Of a DNA stretch of 64,000 nt, positions 31,740 through 41,830 are shown piece by piece. The DNA is from an uncultured delta proteobacterium. GTDB taxonomy: Bacteria > Desulfobacterota > Syntrophia > Syntrophales > UBA5619. The notes beneath the pieces are model-generated. The model made no database searches. It had not been told where the DNA came from and saw only the letters and a list, made by a program, of their open reading frames with translations. The DNA lies in the NCBI GenBank assembly GCA_963817385.1, contig CAWFOM010000016.1, positions 110,122-174,121 of the forward strand, in the 5' to 3' direction. The position numbers and the translations under genes are program-made. The first letter of the stretch is position 1, and each line of letters opens with the position of its first letter.

Positions 31740-31897
31740 AAAGAAGCTAAGCGTGATTTCTCGAAACCTTTGCATGACACCGGTTTGAGAGTTCTGCAAA
31801 CCTCTCCTCGGCCGCATCCCGATTTTTTGAAAAGTCGGGCAGACTATGAAACCCTAACCAAATTTTGAAAAAATTCCGACGTCTCTATGCAAAGATC

Positions 31898-33130
31898 TCA
31901 TCTCCTTATGAAGGTAGCAGCGATCCTATGATTGGCGGCAACTTTACTGAAAGTGTAACTAGTAACTGCACCAATGTTATTCCCATCCACCACAACGCTG
32001 CTGACACGATAGCCGGTTGCCGGGGTAATATAATACCATCGACTATAACCGAATTTGACCCATGATGTACCTGCGGGAGAAATTTTACCCCCAGTGCCGG
32101 CAGATGCGGTTATGGAATAGGTTAAAATACTGAATTTGGCAACGATCGTATGTTTGGCGGCAACATTACTGAAAGTGTAACTAGTAACTGCACCAATGTT
32201 TCTCCCATCCACCACAACGCTGCTGACACGATAGCCGGTTGCCGGGGTAATAGAAAACGTCAAACTACTGCCGGAACCGACGGATGATGTACCTGCGGGA
32301 GAAATTTTACCCCCGGTGCCGGCAGATGCGGTTATGGAATAGTTGACCGTCCTACTGAAGGCAGCAACGATCGTATGATTGGCAATAACATTACTGAAAG
32401 TGTAACTAGTAACCGCACCAATTTTTATCCCATCCACCGTAACGCTGGCGACACGATAGCCGGTTGCCGGGGTAATAGAAAACGTCAGACTACTGCCGAA
32501 ACCGACGGATGATGTACCTGCGGGAGAAATTTTACCCCCAGTGCCGGCAGATGCGGTTATGGAATAGTTGACAATACTCGGTTTGAAATTAGCCGTGATA
32601 GTAGTATTTGCATTCATTGTGACCGTGCAGAGCCCTGTTCCGCTGCATCCCTCTCCCGACCAACCGTCAAAGGTTGATCCGGGGTCAGCCGTTGCGGAAA
32701 GAGACACCACGGTGCCTGGGTTGTAGACGGCAAGGCACGTGTCACCGCAACTTATCCCGGGTCCCGATACCGTTCCCTGTCCCGGGCCAGGGTTTAAGAC
32801 CATCAGAAGATATTGCTGAGGCGATGTCATTACGCTGACTTCATTTGAATATACGCTTTCAAAACCGGCAGCATTATGAGCGGTAACGGTAAAATAATAT
32901 GTCTGTCCGTCGAGCAAGTTGCTAACCGTATAGCTTGTTGTATTACCGACGTCGACGGCCTGTGAATAGGTACCGGAAGCCGTTCCGTAATGTATCATAT
33001 AGCCGGTTACATCCGTGGAAACATCCGGTGGGTCCCATGCCAGGGTTGCTTGACCTGCGAGGGAGTTCGTTGGGGATAGGAAAAAGCATAGAGTCAATGA
33101 AATAATGATGCTGGTAAATAGCCTTTTCAT
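31898..33130 (-). CDS. Secreted FN3 + divergent InlB B-repeat surface protein
   Basis: Signal peptide; ATLAWD..GY.IHYG FN3; LSATADPGSTFDGWSG; 3x YSITASAGTGGKISPAG. Confidence 0.85.
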   Translation of the reverse strand: MKRLFTSIIISLTLCFFLSPTNSLAGQATLAWDPPDVSTDVTGYMIHYGTASGTYSQAVDVGNTTSYTVSNLLDGQTYYFTVTAHNAAGFESVYSNEVSVMTSPQQYLLMVLNPGPGQGTVSGPGISCGDTCLAVYNPGTVVSLSATADPGSTFDGWSGEGCSGTGLCTVTMNANTTITANFKPSIVNYSITASAGTGGKISPAGTSSVGFGSSLTFSITPATGYRVASVTVDGIKIGAVTSYTFSNVIANHTIVAAFSRTVNYSITASAGTGGKISPAGTSSVGSGSSLTFSITPATGYRVSSVVVDGRNIGAVTSYTFSNVAAKHTIVAKFSILTYSITASAGTGGKISPAGTSWVKFGYSRWYYITPATGYRVSSVVVDGNNIGAVTSYTFSKVAANHRIAATFIRR

Positions 33131-33193
33131 TACGAGTACCTCCTTTTTACGTTAGCCGTGGCTAATCGCAGTCCTCAAGGAGGTACTGTTTTT

Positions 33194-33288
33194 GCCCGGC
33201 AGCCCTACTTCCGTATCCTGTGATGCCAGGAGTTAGGATAGTGGCTTTGCGTCCCACACTTTCGTAGTGGTTTGCCCTTTTCGGGTGC
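33194..33288 (-). ncRNA. c-di-GMP-I (GEMM) riboswitch
   Basis: Minus strand CCGAAAAGGGCAAACCACTAC-GAAA-GTGTGGGACGCAAAGCCACTATCCTAA...GTAGGGCTGCCG matches the class I consensus. Confidence 0.9.
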
Positions 33289-33348
33289 TATTGTCTTAAA
33301 GAGCGGAAGTTGAGGAGATCAAGCTCTTTGTTCCTCTTGTTCGCCTCC

Positions 33349-33435
33349 AGAATAAAGATGGATCACTGTATTGTCAACATTCATTGAGGCTAACTATGTG
33401 AGCTTCATCACATTCCCCATGTGATATTGATCTCA
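33349..33435 (-). promoter_or_regulatory. Sigma70 promoter with tandem CRP-like boxes
   Basis: TTGACA(33377-33372)-N17-TATTCT(33354-33349); TGTGA-N6-TCACA at 33397-33412; TGTGA-N6-TCTCA at 33420-33435. Confidence 0.7.
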
Positions 33436-33814
33436 TAAGAAGAGACTCCTTGCTTGCGCTCCTGAGTAACTTAACGCCAAGCATTACTGGTTCTATGTGG
33501 TTTTGTTACCTTCTTGTATTGCGACCAACTCAAATCCAAGTTTCTGGGTTTTTCGTTTCCTATTTGTACGGCCCGCGATCGATAACTTTTTTCGGAGTAT
33601 TCCTGACCAGCATTGATATCGGCAGTCGATTGCTTGATCATGGAATTTCACACGGCCTGCCACGGGTGATCATCGCCACTAAGGCCCTTGGGTTAGACCG
33701 TCCTTTTGATCTTAATTATCGGCATTCCCGCTGGGCGACTTTAATCGATCCGTCGCGTGCCTCTCTGAATGATTGAGAACCGAATCCCGAAAAGATTCCC
33801 CCCTACCCATTTGA

Positions 33815-34119
33815 ATGCCGATCGTGGGAAATGATCGAATCGTCATGGTGCTTGACGGCGCCGGTTGGCATAAAAGCAAATCGCTCATGATCCCTGATAA
33901 TCTCCGCCTGCCCAGCCTTCCACCATATTCTCCGGAGCTCAACCCCGTGGAACACATCTGGGACGATTTGCGGGAAAAGGAATTTCACAACAGAGTTTCG
34001 ACAGTGTTGACTCCCTCGAAGACCACCTGAAAAAAACATTGTACGATATGGAGCACGATCATGATCGTATCCGTTCCATTGTCGCTTGGCCTTGGATCAT
34101 TAATGCGCTAATGAATTAG
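33815..34119 (+). pseudogene. IS630-family transposase 3' remnant
   Basis: MVLDGAGWH, LPPYSPELNPVEHIW; no N-terminus; frameshifted. Confidence 0.85.
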
Positions 34120-34325
34120 AAATGAAATTACTTCCTTGATAAACTGCCCCGCGGGGCGTGGGTCGCTAAAAAGATGAAACGCCATCGATACCCTGTTTCG
34201 GCGGATGGCCTTTAATCTCCTCCGAGCACAAAAGTATTGAAGACCGCATAGGAAAGGGGTGGTACGTCATATGATCTAAAATAATATAACCGATGTCAAG
34301 ACCTCACTCCGTAGAAGGGTAAATA

Positions 34326-35439
34326 ATAACCGTCTCATAATTGTATAGACATGATTTAAGATTGATGTTATACTTGCATTTATGAAGACAAAGATTATGG
34401 ATGCAAGACAGTTGAGTCATTCGCTGTTGACCGAATTGCGGAAACGCGGGGTGGGCAGCGTGCAGGATGGGCAGAGTCCTGAGATTGTTGCTTCGGCATT
34501 GGGTATCAACAGGGCTACAATGTACGGATGGTTGGCTCGGTATCGCAGCGGTGGATGGTCGTCCCTGAACGCTCGGAAACGGGGAGGTCGGAAGCCGAAG
34601 ATCGATGGCAAGGCGATGCAATGGATTTACCGGACGGTGACGCAGAAGAGCCCTTTGCAGCTGAAGTTCCCCTTTGCTCTTTGGACTGCCAAGATGGTCG
34701 GGCAGCTTATTGATCAGCGATTCGGGGTAACGCTCAGCAAAGCCTCTATGTGCCGTTTGTTGAATCAACGGGGATTGACCCCGCAACGTCCTGTATGGCG
34801 GGCGTACCAGCAACGCCCGGATGAGGTTCAGAAATGGTTGGATGAGGAGTATCCGCGGATTCGCCGTTTGGCTCAGAAGAGGAAGGCGATGATCTTTTTT
34901 GGAGACGAGGCGAGTGTGCGCTCGGACCATCATGCGGGTACGGCCTGGGCGATCCGGGGGGAAACGCCGGTGGTGAGCAGTACCGGGGCAAGGTTTGGAT
35001 TGAACCTGATCTCGGTGGTCAGCGCGCAGGGTGAGTTGCGTTTTATGACGGTCAACAGCCGGGTAGGAGCGAAGGTGTTTATCGAATTCCTCAAGAGGCT
35101 TCTTCATAATGCCGAGCGTGAGATATTTCTGATCGTTGATGGTCATCCGGCGCATAAAGCGAAAAGCGTGGCCATATTTGTCGAATCCATGAAAGATCGT
35201 CTGCAACTGTTCTTTCTGCCGCCCTACTCGCCGGAATTGAATCCAGATGGGAGGGTTTGGAATGACTTGAAGAACAAGTCGGTTGGACGGCAACGCATCT
35301 ACTCGCCCAAGCAACTTTACAAGTCTGTGATCAGCCACTTGCGATCGGTTCAGAAATCATCTCATCGCGTGCGTTCATATTTCCAAAACGAACCCACAAA
35401 GTATGCAGCCTAATATCGATTCTATTATGAGACGGTTAA
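34326..35439 (+). mobile_element. IS630-family insertion sequence (transposase 34382-35413)
   Basis: TIRs TAACCGTCTCATAAT / ATTATGAGACGGTTA; TA flanks at 34324-5 and 35440-1; FGDE, IVDGHPAH, PPYSPELNP. Confidence 0.92.
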
Positions 35440-35501
35440 TATGTTCAAAAATATCGATTTCACGTGAACCGGACACTGTTGACTACCGAAGTCAAAAAGC
35501 A

Positions 35502-36797
35502 ATGGCGACTCAAACGACCAAGCTGCGACCATTGAAGGAAGGACCGAAAAGCGATGCCGCCTGGCTTACCGAACTATGCCTGAGCCGTGTCGGCTTTGTT
35601 TTCATCTTTACCACCTACTCGGCGGCTCTGCCACTGCTGAAAACCGATTGGAGCATGTCGGCAAGCGAGGCCGGCCTTGTACAATCGGCATGGCACACCG
35701 GCTACCTGATATCGCTGTTCGTGGCCGGCTTTATTGCCGACCGCTATGGCGCTAAAAAAACGTTTCTTGCCGGCAGCATCCTCGCCGGCATCAGTGCACT
35801 CCTGTTCGCGTTTTGCGCTGACGGCTTTCTTTCCGGGCTCATGCTCTACGGATTTACCGGACTGTGTTCGGGAGCATCGTATACACCGGGATTGACGCTG
35901 ATTGCAGAGCGTTTCATGACGTACCAACGCGGCCGCGCGATGGGCTGGTATCTTGCCGCCTCTTCGCTCGGCTATGGCGTGTCGCTTATCCTGAGCGGAC
36001 TCCTGATGCCGCTTGTTGGCTGGCGAGGCTCGTTCATCGTCACCGCGTGCGGACCGATCGCCGCAACGGTGATCGCATACCAGACGCTGCGCACTACCTC
36101 CAACGTGGTGCATCCACGCGGCACAGAACACGCCGGCTGGTTTTCTCTGCTTCAGGTATGGCGCAACAAGCCGGCGATGCTCTTGATCTGGGCTTATGTA
36201 TTCCACGCATGGGAGCTTCTGGGCCTCTGGGCGTGGCTGCCTGCCTACCTCGCCGTGTCGATCACCCACGGTGGTGGCATGACGATGCAGGCCGCCGGCG
36301 TCGGCGCGCTTTTTACCGCGCTCACCTACATCACCAGCATGAGCGGCAGCATCTACGGGGGAGAGCTGTCGGATCGCTGGGGGCGTACCAGGGTCATTCT
36401 CTGGTCAGCATGTCTGAGCCTGGTGTGCTCGTTCACTTTCGGTTGGATGATGGCGCTGCCGCTTTGGCTTCTGGTAGCGGTAGCCGCCGTCTACAACATC
36501 ACCGCCATCGCCGATTCGTCGGTCTATTCGACCGGCATCACGGAATTGGTGCCGCCGCAATATCTGGGAGCCGCTTACGCACTGCGTTCGCTGCTCGGTT
36601 TCGGCGCCGGCGTCGTCAGCCCCTGGGTGTTCGGGCTGGTGATCGACTGGTCGCGCGGCGAACCGCTCCGTTCGGAGACCATGGCGTGGGGGCTTGCGTG
36701 GACTTCACTCGGCGTCGGCGCCGTGCTCGGACCGCTGATGACGTTCATACTGCGCGCCATGCCGGAAGCGCGCGGCATGGCGGATGGAAAACGGTAA
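35502..36797 (+). CDS. MFS transporter
   Basis: About 12 TM helices; GFIADRYGAK and GELSDRWGR motifs. Confidence 0.9.
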   Translation: MATQTTKLRPLKEGPKSDAAWLTELCLSRVGFVFIFTTYSAALPLLKTDWSMSASEAGLVQSAWHTGYLISLFVAGFIADRYGAKKTFLAGSILAGISALLFAFCADGFLSGLMLYGFTGLCSGASYTPGLTLIAERFMTYQRGRAMGWYLAASSLGYGVSLILSGLLMPLVGWRGSFIVTACGPIAATVIAYQTLRTTSNVVHPRGTEHAGWFSLLQVWRNKPAMLLIWAYVFHAWELLGLWAWLPAYLAVSITHGGGMTMQAAGVGALFTALTYITSMSGSIYGGELSDRWGRTRVILWSACLSLVCSFTFGWMMALPLWLLVAVAAVYNITAIADSSVYSTGITELVPPQYLGAAYALRSLLGFGAGVVSPWVFGLVIDWSRGEPLRSETMAWGLAWTSLGVGAVLGPLMTFILRAMPEARGMADGKR

Positions 36798-36807
36798 CAT
36801 CCCTCCT

Positions 36808-37614
36808 CTATGATACCTCCGTCGTGCAGGTCATCCTGCCCACCCGTCCGGCCGGGTCCTGACGGTAATATTCGTTCAGGACACGATAGAGGTCGGGGGC
36901 GTGTTCTTTCATCCGGAGGGGCTGGTCGAAGAACTGCTCCGTGGCAACGGCGAAGAATTCGGCTTCGCTGGTGGCCGCGTAGGCGCTCAGAAAGGATTTC
37001 CTGCCTTTTTCGGCATCGTGCTTGAGGCGGAGGTATTCGCGCGAACAGACGCTGACCCAGTCGCGGTATTCGCCGCGGTCCCTGAGTGGAGGGGTGCCGT
37101 CGGCCGCGCCGTCGAGCATATCGAGTTTGTGGGCAAATTCATGATAGACGACATTATGGCCCTGTTCCGGGTGGCGGCTGCCGCGAAGGATGGCATCCCA
37201 GATGAGGATGACAGGCCCCTGCCGGAATGCTTGTCCGATGATGGGTCGGGCGATTTCGAGCGGGGCGAGGGCGGTTTCGAAATGGCCGAGTTTTCGCTGG
37301 GGAGGGATGACGGTGGAGGGGTAAACGAGTATGGACTGGACGTTTCGGTAGAAGTCGTGCGGGAGGCCCAGCAGCAGGAGGCATGCCTGGGCAGCGATGG
37401 TGACGCGGATTTCGTCGGTGAGATCGAGCCCACCGCACCCTTCCCAGCGTTTCTCGGCAATGAAGATCTGGATGAGGGCGTGAAGTCTGGTGCGCTCGGC
37501 GGCATCTAGCATGCAGTAGTGGATGACGTTACGGCGGACTATCCCTTCCCACGTGGGGGGGAAGGGCACTTCGGCGAGCTTTTTGCGGCGACGGTCGGAA
37601 AGCCAGGGAAACAC
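36808..37614 (-). CDS. mtfA: MtfA / peptidase M90 zinc metallopeptidase
   Basis: IAAQAC, NVVYHEFAHKLD, YAATSEAEFFAVATEQFF. Confidence 0.9.
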   Translation of the reverse strand: MFPWLSDRRRKKLAEVPFPPTWEGIVRRNVIHYCMLDAAERTRLHALIQIFIAEKRWEGCGGLDLTDEIRVTIAAQACLLLLGLPHDFYRNVQSILVYPSTVIPPQRKLGHFETALAPLEIARPIIGQAFRQGPVILIWDAILRGSRHPEQGHNVVYHEFAHKLDMLDGAADGTPPLRDRGEYRDWVSVCSREYLRLKHDAEKGRKSFLSAYAATSEAEFFAVATEQFFDQPLRMKEHAPDLYRVLNEYYRQDPAGRVGRMTCTTEVS

Positions 37615-37822
37615 GGGGCTCCTTGTCGTATCGATAGCGATAACCAGTGACGACCGCGCAAAAAGAGCTTTTCCCCTCGCCGGTTAAAGAGAGGGGGGAA
37701 GGAATTGCGGACTTTTTGCAGGGCATCAACGCTGCGGCAAGTAGAGTATAGAAAGAAGGTGTTTGTTCGTCAAGGGAATTAGCGCCCTTGTGCAAACGGA
37801 ATGTCGGCACCGCTTGCAGGGA

Positions 37823-38215
37823 TCAGCCGCCAACCTGCTTCTTTCCCCGTCTTTCATCGATATCGCCGGGATACATCACTGCATCTTGGCCCCGTTCACG
37901 GGTCCGGACACGGATGACCTCCTCCACGGGATAGACGAACAGGAGTCCGTCTCCGGGTTCTCCCGTGTAGGCAGCGCTGAGGATGGTTTGAATCGTCTCT
38001 TCCAGATTGCGGTCGCTCAGGACGATGTTGATCTGGATCTTGGTCAACATGTTGACCTGGTAGGTTCCGGCCCGGCCTAACAGCTGAATGCCTCCCTGAC
38101 GACCGTGGCCCCGGATCTCGAACATATTCAACCCCACGATGCCGATTTTTCCCAACGCATCCTTGACATCGTTGACCTTATCTTCCCGTATGATGGCTTC
38201 GATCTTTTTGAGCAT
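37823..38215 (-). CDS. P-II family nitrogen regulator
   Basis: KKIEAIIR, GHGRQ, TGEPGDG, IRVRT; downstream of amtB. Confidence 0.9.
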   Translation of the reverse strand: MLKKIEAIIREDKVNDVKDALGKIGIVGLNMFEIRGHGRQGGIQLLGRAGTYQVNMLTKIQINIVLSDRNLEETIQTILSAAYTGEPGDGLLFVYPVEEVIRVRTRERGQDAVMYPGDIDERRGKKQVGG

Positions 38216-38371
38216 TGCAACATCTCCTCACTCTGACAAAGGTTTGCACCGGTTCATGAATCCGCCCGCGAGCGCATTCCCCACGGTTTACCGCGGGGTA
38301 AGGGAGCAAAAACGGAATGGTTTGTTCCCCTAAAGGATTGAACAAACTCCGCAGCTTACTCAAGGAGAACC

Positions 38372-39595
38372 TCAATAAGATCTCTCGCCGTGGGAACTGA
38401 TATCCAGTCCGACCTCCTCCTCCATGACCGTTACCCGTAATCCAACGCTCCAACTAAGCAACTTGGCCAATACGAAGGTAATCCCGAAGCTATAGACGAT
38501 CGTGACCATCACGGCAAAAAGCTGAACGCCGATCTGTCCGGGATTACCGAAGAACAGGCCATTGGCACCGTCGCCATTGACGGCCGTCGTGGCAAAAAGA
38601 CCGGTGGCCGCCATGCCCCACGTGCTGGAGATACCGTGACATGCCCAGACATCGAGAGACTCGTCGAGTTTTCGATTGTCCCGAAAACGCATTGTATAAT
38701 AGGAGAGTGGCGCCGCTACGGCCCCGATCACCAGGGAGGCCAGAGGCGTTACATAACCCGACGCCGGAGTCACCGCTGCCAGGCCTACGACCATCCCCGT
38801 GGCGATCCCCAAAGTGCTGGGCCGGCCATCCAGCCAGGAGAGCAGCATCCAGACCAGACCCGCCGTTGCAGCGGAGGTGTTAGTGGTCAAGAGGGCATTC
38901 ACCGCCACACCATTGGCGGCCAGGGCACTGCCGGCGTTAAAGCCGAACCATCCTACCCAGAGTAATCCGGCTCCCAGGACCGTCAGCGGTATGTTGTTCG
39001 GCTCCATGGGAAACTTGCCGAACCCTTTGCGCGGACCGATCACCAGCGCAAAGGCAAGGGCGGAAAAACCGGCGGCGATATGGACCACCGTCCCGCCGGC
39101 GAAATCCAGAACCCCCATTTCCTTCAACCAACCGCCCTGCCCCCAAACCCAGTGGCACAGAGGATCATATACCAGGGTCGCCCAAAGCAGGCTGAACAAC
39201 AGAAAGCTCTTGAATTTCACCCGCTCCACAAAGGCGCCGGTGATCAAGGCCGGCGTTATGACCGCAAACATCATCTGAAAAGCGGCGAACAACCCATGCG
39301 GGATCGTCTTGCTGTAGTTTCCGTTGGGCAGCGCATCTACGCCGGTAAATCCGACAAAGTTCAGACCGCCGATCAGCCCTTTAATGTCCGAACCGAAGGC
39401 GAGGGAATAACCGTAGACCACCCACTGGACGCCGATCAGGGCCATGAAGATATAACTCAGGGTTAACGTGGAAAGAACATTTTTCCGGCGCACCATCCCC
39501 CCGTAGAAAAGCGCCAGGGCCGGCGTCATCAGGAGCACCAGAGAACAACAAACCAGAATCCAGGCGGTATCGCCTGCGTTGATCGGATCGACCAT
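38372..39595 (-). CDS. amtB: Ammonium transporter
   Basis: MTPALALFYGG, FQMMFA, DFAGGTVVH, WFGFNAGS, EEEVGLD. Confidence 0.95.
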   Translation of the reverse strand: MVDPINAGDTAWILVCCSLVLLMTPALALFYGGMVRRKNVLSTLTLSYIFMALIGVQWVVYGYSLAFGSDIKGLIGGLNFVGFTGVDALPNGNYSKTIPHGLFAAFQMMFAVITPALITGAFVERVKFKSFLLFSLLWATLVYDPLCHWVWGQGGWLKEMGVLDFAGGTVVHIAAGFSALAFALVIGPRKGFGKFPMEPNNIPLTVLGAGLLWVGWFGFNAGSALAANGVAVNALLTTNTSAATAGLVWMLLSWLDGRPSTLGIATGMVVGLAAVTPASGYVTPLASLVIGAVAAPLSYYTMRFRDNRKLDESLDVWACHGISSTWGMAATGLFATTAVNGDGANGLFFGNPGQIGVQLFAVMVTIVYSFGITFVLAKLLSWSVGLRVTVMEEEVGLDISSHGERSY

Positions 39596-39632
39596 GATAT
39601 CCCCCCTCTCCCCGGATAATGGATCAATCGCA

Positions 39633-39648
39633 AGCAAGTATTCTGCCA
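39633..39648 (-). promoter_or_regulatory. Sigma54 promoter of amtB-PII
   Basis: Minus strand TGGCAGAATACTTGCT; ACATAATTGT repeats upstream at 39706 and 39735. Confidence 0.75.
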
Positions 39649-40015
39649 GGATAAATTATCGTACATCTTTCATAAGTTATGCGATAACGATCCCGGGAAG
39701 AGCATACATAATTGTCAGCTCCGCGGAGAATAGAACATAATTGTTCCGTTTATGAAAAAGAACGGTGAGGCCTCCGCCGCAGGCGACCACGTCATCCTCG
39801 TTGTAAGAGCCGGGCCTAACTTCAGCGATAGATTCCCCCTACCGATAACCACACAATCAATCCTCATTGCCTTTAGTCCTTACATTACGTAGGCTTCTAA
39901 TCAAGGTCTCCATAAACCAGCCTGACTTCGAGACCAGATGGAATGCCGCTCTCTGGCGGATGGCTTCGGGTTCGTCATCCGGCGAGGACTATGAGCAATC
40001 AGAAAGGAGGACCAC

Positions 40016-40210
40016 ATGTTGTGGACGATAGCTGTCGTACTGATAATTGTGTGGATGCTGGGGCTTGGTACCGGCTTTACCATGGGTTCGTTCATCCACA
40101 TTCTCTATGCAGCGGCCGTTGCCCTGCTGGTGGTCAGTCTCAGTCAGGAGGTTGTGATCAACCGGAGGCTGAGACATGTATCGCGCAGCCGCAGCCAAAA
40201 CCAGAGATAG
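40016..40210 (+). CDS. lmo0937-family small membrane protein
   Basis: MLWTIAVVLIIVWMLG..MGSFIHIL; AGGAGG RBS. Confidence 0.85.
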   Translation: MLWTIAVVLIIVWMLGLGTGFTMGSFIHILYAAAVALLVVSLSQEVVINRRLRHVSRSRSQNQR

Positions 40211-40276
40211 CAAGCGAGCCCCGATAGGTTTACTGCAGTTTCCGCTTCGCGATCCATTGCGATAGATCATGCACGT

Positions 40277-40861
40277 TCAGACTGTAGAGTGGTCGCGGTG
40301 TCGCCGCCAGTTGTCGAGATACGGTTTGGCAAGCTCTTTTGAGCGGATGATAAGTAGGTTCTCCGCGTTTTTATCCTCAGCGGCCCTCGTAAAATTGAAC
40401 GAGCCCGTGATCACAACCGACTGATCGATGATGATGATCTTGTTATGGGCGATGGCGTGCCGGGCATCGATGTAGGTGGGGATGCGGGCGTTCATCAGGA
40501 ACGTGGACGACGAGTACTTCTGGGTCTTCTGGCTCTTGTCGAGGATCACTTCGACCTTGATTCCCCGCTTGTGCGCCTTAAGCAGGGCCTCGGCGATCGG
40601 GGCGGAGGTGAAGGAGTACGCCTGGACTCGGATCTCGGTGCGGGCCTGGTCGATTTCCCTGACGATCGCTTCAGTGGCACCGTTGTTGGGGCTGAAATAG
40701 ACCCCGACCGGCGGGACGCGGCCGATATCGACCTCGATGGCCCGGACGGTCTGACCCCAGAAGAGTATGACCGACAATAGGACAAGGGCGCTTACGGCGC
40801 AGACCGGGACAAGACGTGAGAAAACGGAACTCCGGATGCACCGGGACGTGAACATCATCAA
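40277..40861 (-). CDS. Secreted single-HKD phospholipase D / Nuc-type nuclease
   Basis: YFSP, QAYSFTS, HNKIIIID, TGSFNFT..NAEN. Confidence 0.9.
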   Translation of the reverse strand: MMMFTSRCIRSSVFSRLVPVCAVSALVLLSVILFWGQTVRAIEVDIGRVPPVGVYFSPNNGATEAIVREIDQARTEIRVQAYSFTSAPIAEALLKAHKRGIKVEVILDKSQKTQKYSSSTFLMNARIPTYIDARHAIAHNKIIIIDQSVVITGSFNFTRAAEDKNAENLLIIRSKELAKPYLDNWRRHRDHSTV

Positions 40862-41149
40862 CTGATCATCAATCTGGCGGCCGCTCTCCGGCCCCCGCCT
40901 TCCTCAAGTGAAATTGCTTTCCATCGGGTGAGTGTTCCTTAGTTTATTCCGCCTCTCCTGTCAAGGGGCATAACGCGCGCCGCGGAATGGGGCGGCCGCC
41001 GCTTCAGCGGGAAGAAACCCGCCGGAAAGGTGACGCCGGTCATGCCGGCCGGAGGATTTTGTGTGTAAGGCGAACGAAACTACGGTACCGATGAACGGGA
41101 TTGGAAACAGACCTGCGGCAGATTCACCCTTTGCATGCGTTACTCGTCA

Positions 41150-41830
41150 TCAGGGGGTCCGCTTCTTGAGGGATGCGAGATCACGAATATGGATACAATT
41201 CCGCGATGTGGACACGATTCCTTTATCGCGAAGGTGTTTTAATTCTTTATTGATGCTTTCCCGGGAGACACCAAGAATGTTTCCCAATTCTTGTTGAGAA
41301 ACTTGTAACGTGCACTCATTCGGATTTTTCTCATCGGGTGGCTGTAGTTGAGCCAATTCGACGAGTTTTTGTACCAGCCGGAGTGACAAATTCAGAAAAC
41401 ACATCTCTGCCAAGAGGGTATCCGTCTTGCGCAATCGGACGGAGAGGGAGGAAAGGACCGCATGCACGGCTTTTTCATTATTGACAAGGAAAGAGAGAAA
41501 ATCCTTGCGATTGAGTGAGTAGAGGTAAGAATCTTCCAGCGCGATTGCATCAGCGGAACGCGGCTGACCGTCGAGCAGGGCCATCTCGCCTAAAAATTCA
41601 CCTTGGCCGAGAATCGCCAGAGTCATTACATCCATTTGCCTGGATAAAGAAATTTTTATTCGCCCCTGCAAAATGAGATACAGTGATACTCCTTCATCGC
41701 CCTGCCGGAAAAGGATCTCCCCCTTCCTCAGATTCACCCGCCTCAGCAGGCTCACGAGATTCTGCTGGTCCGCCTCCGGAAGCGAGGCGAATAAGGGAAT
41801 CTTTTTGAGTACATTAATCGGTGAAATCAC
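41150..41830 (-). CDS. Crp/Fnr-family regulator, cNMP-binding type
   Basis: GEMALLDGQPRSA; QQELGNILGVSRESINK; GGAGG RBS before GTG 41830. Confidence 0.92.
   Translation of the reverse strand: MISPINVLKKIPLFASLPEADQQNLVSLLRRVNLRKGEILFRQGDEGVSLYLILQGRIKISLSRQMDVMTLAILGQGEFLGEMALLDGQPRSADAIALEDSYLYSLNRKDFLSFLVNNEKAVHAVLSSLSVRLRKTDTLLAEMCFLNLSLRLVQKLVELAQLQPPDEKNPNECTLQVSQQELGNILGVSRESINKELKHLRDKGIVSTSRNCIHIRDLASLKKRTP

Noticed and set aside
31898..32570. Repeats as a CRISPR array or DGR template/variable pair
   Set aside because: In-frame protein domain repeats; no spacers, cas genes or reverse transcriptase
40277..40861. PLD nuclease as an anti-phage system
   Set aside because: Has a signal peptide and no defence-type partner genes nearby
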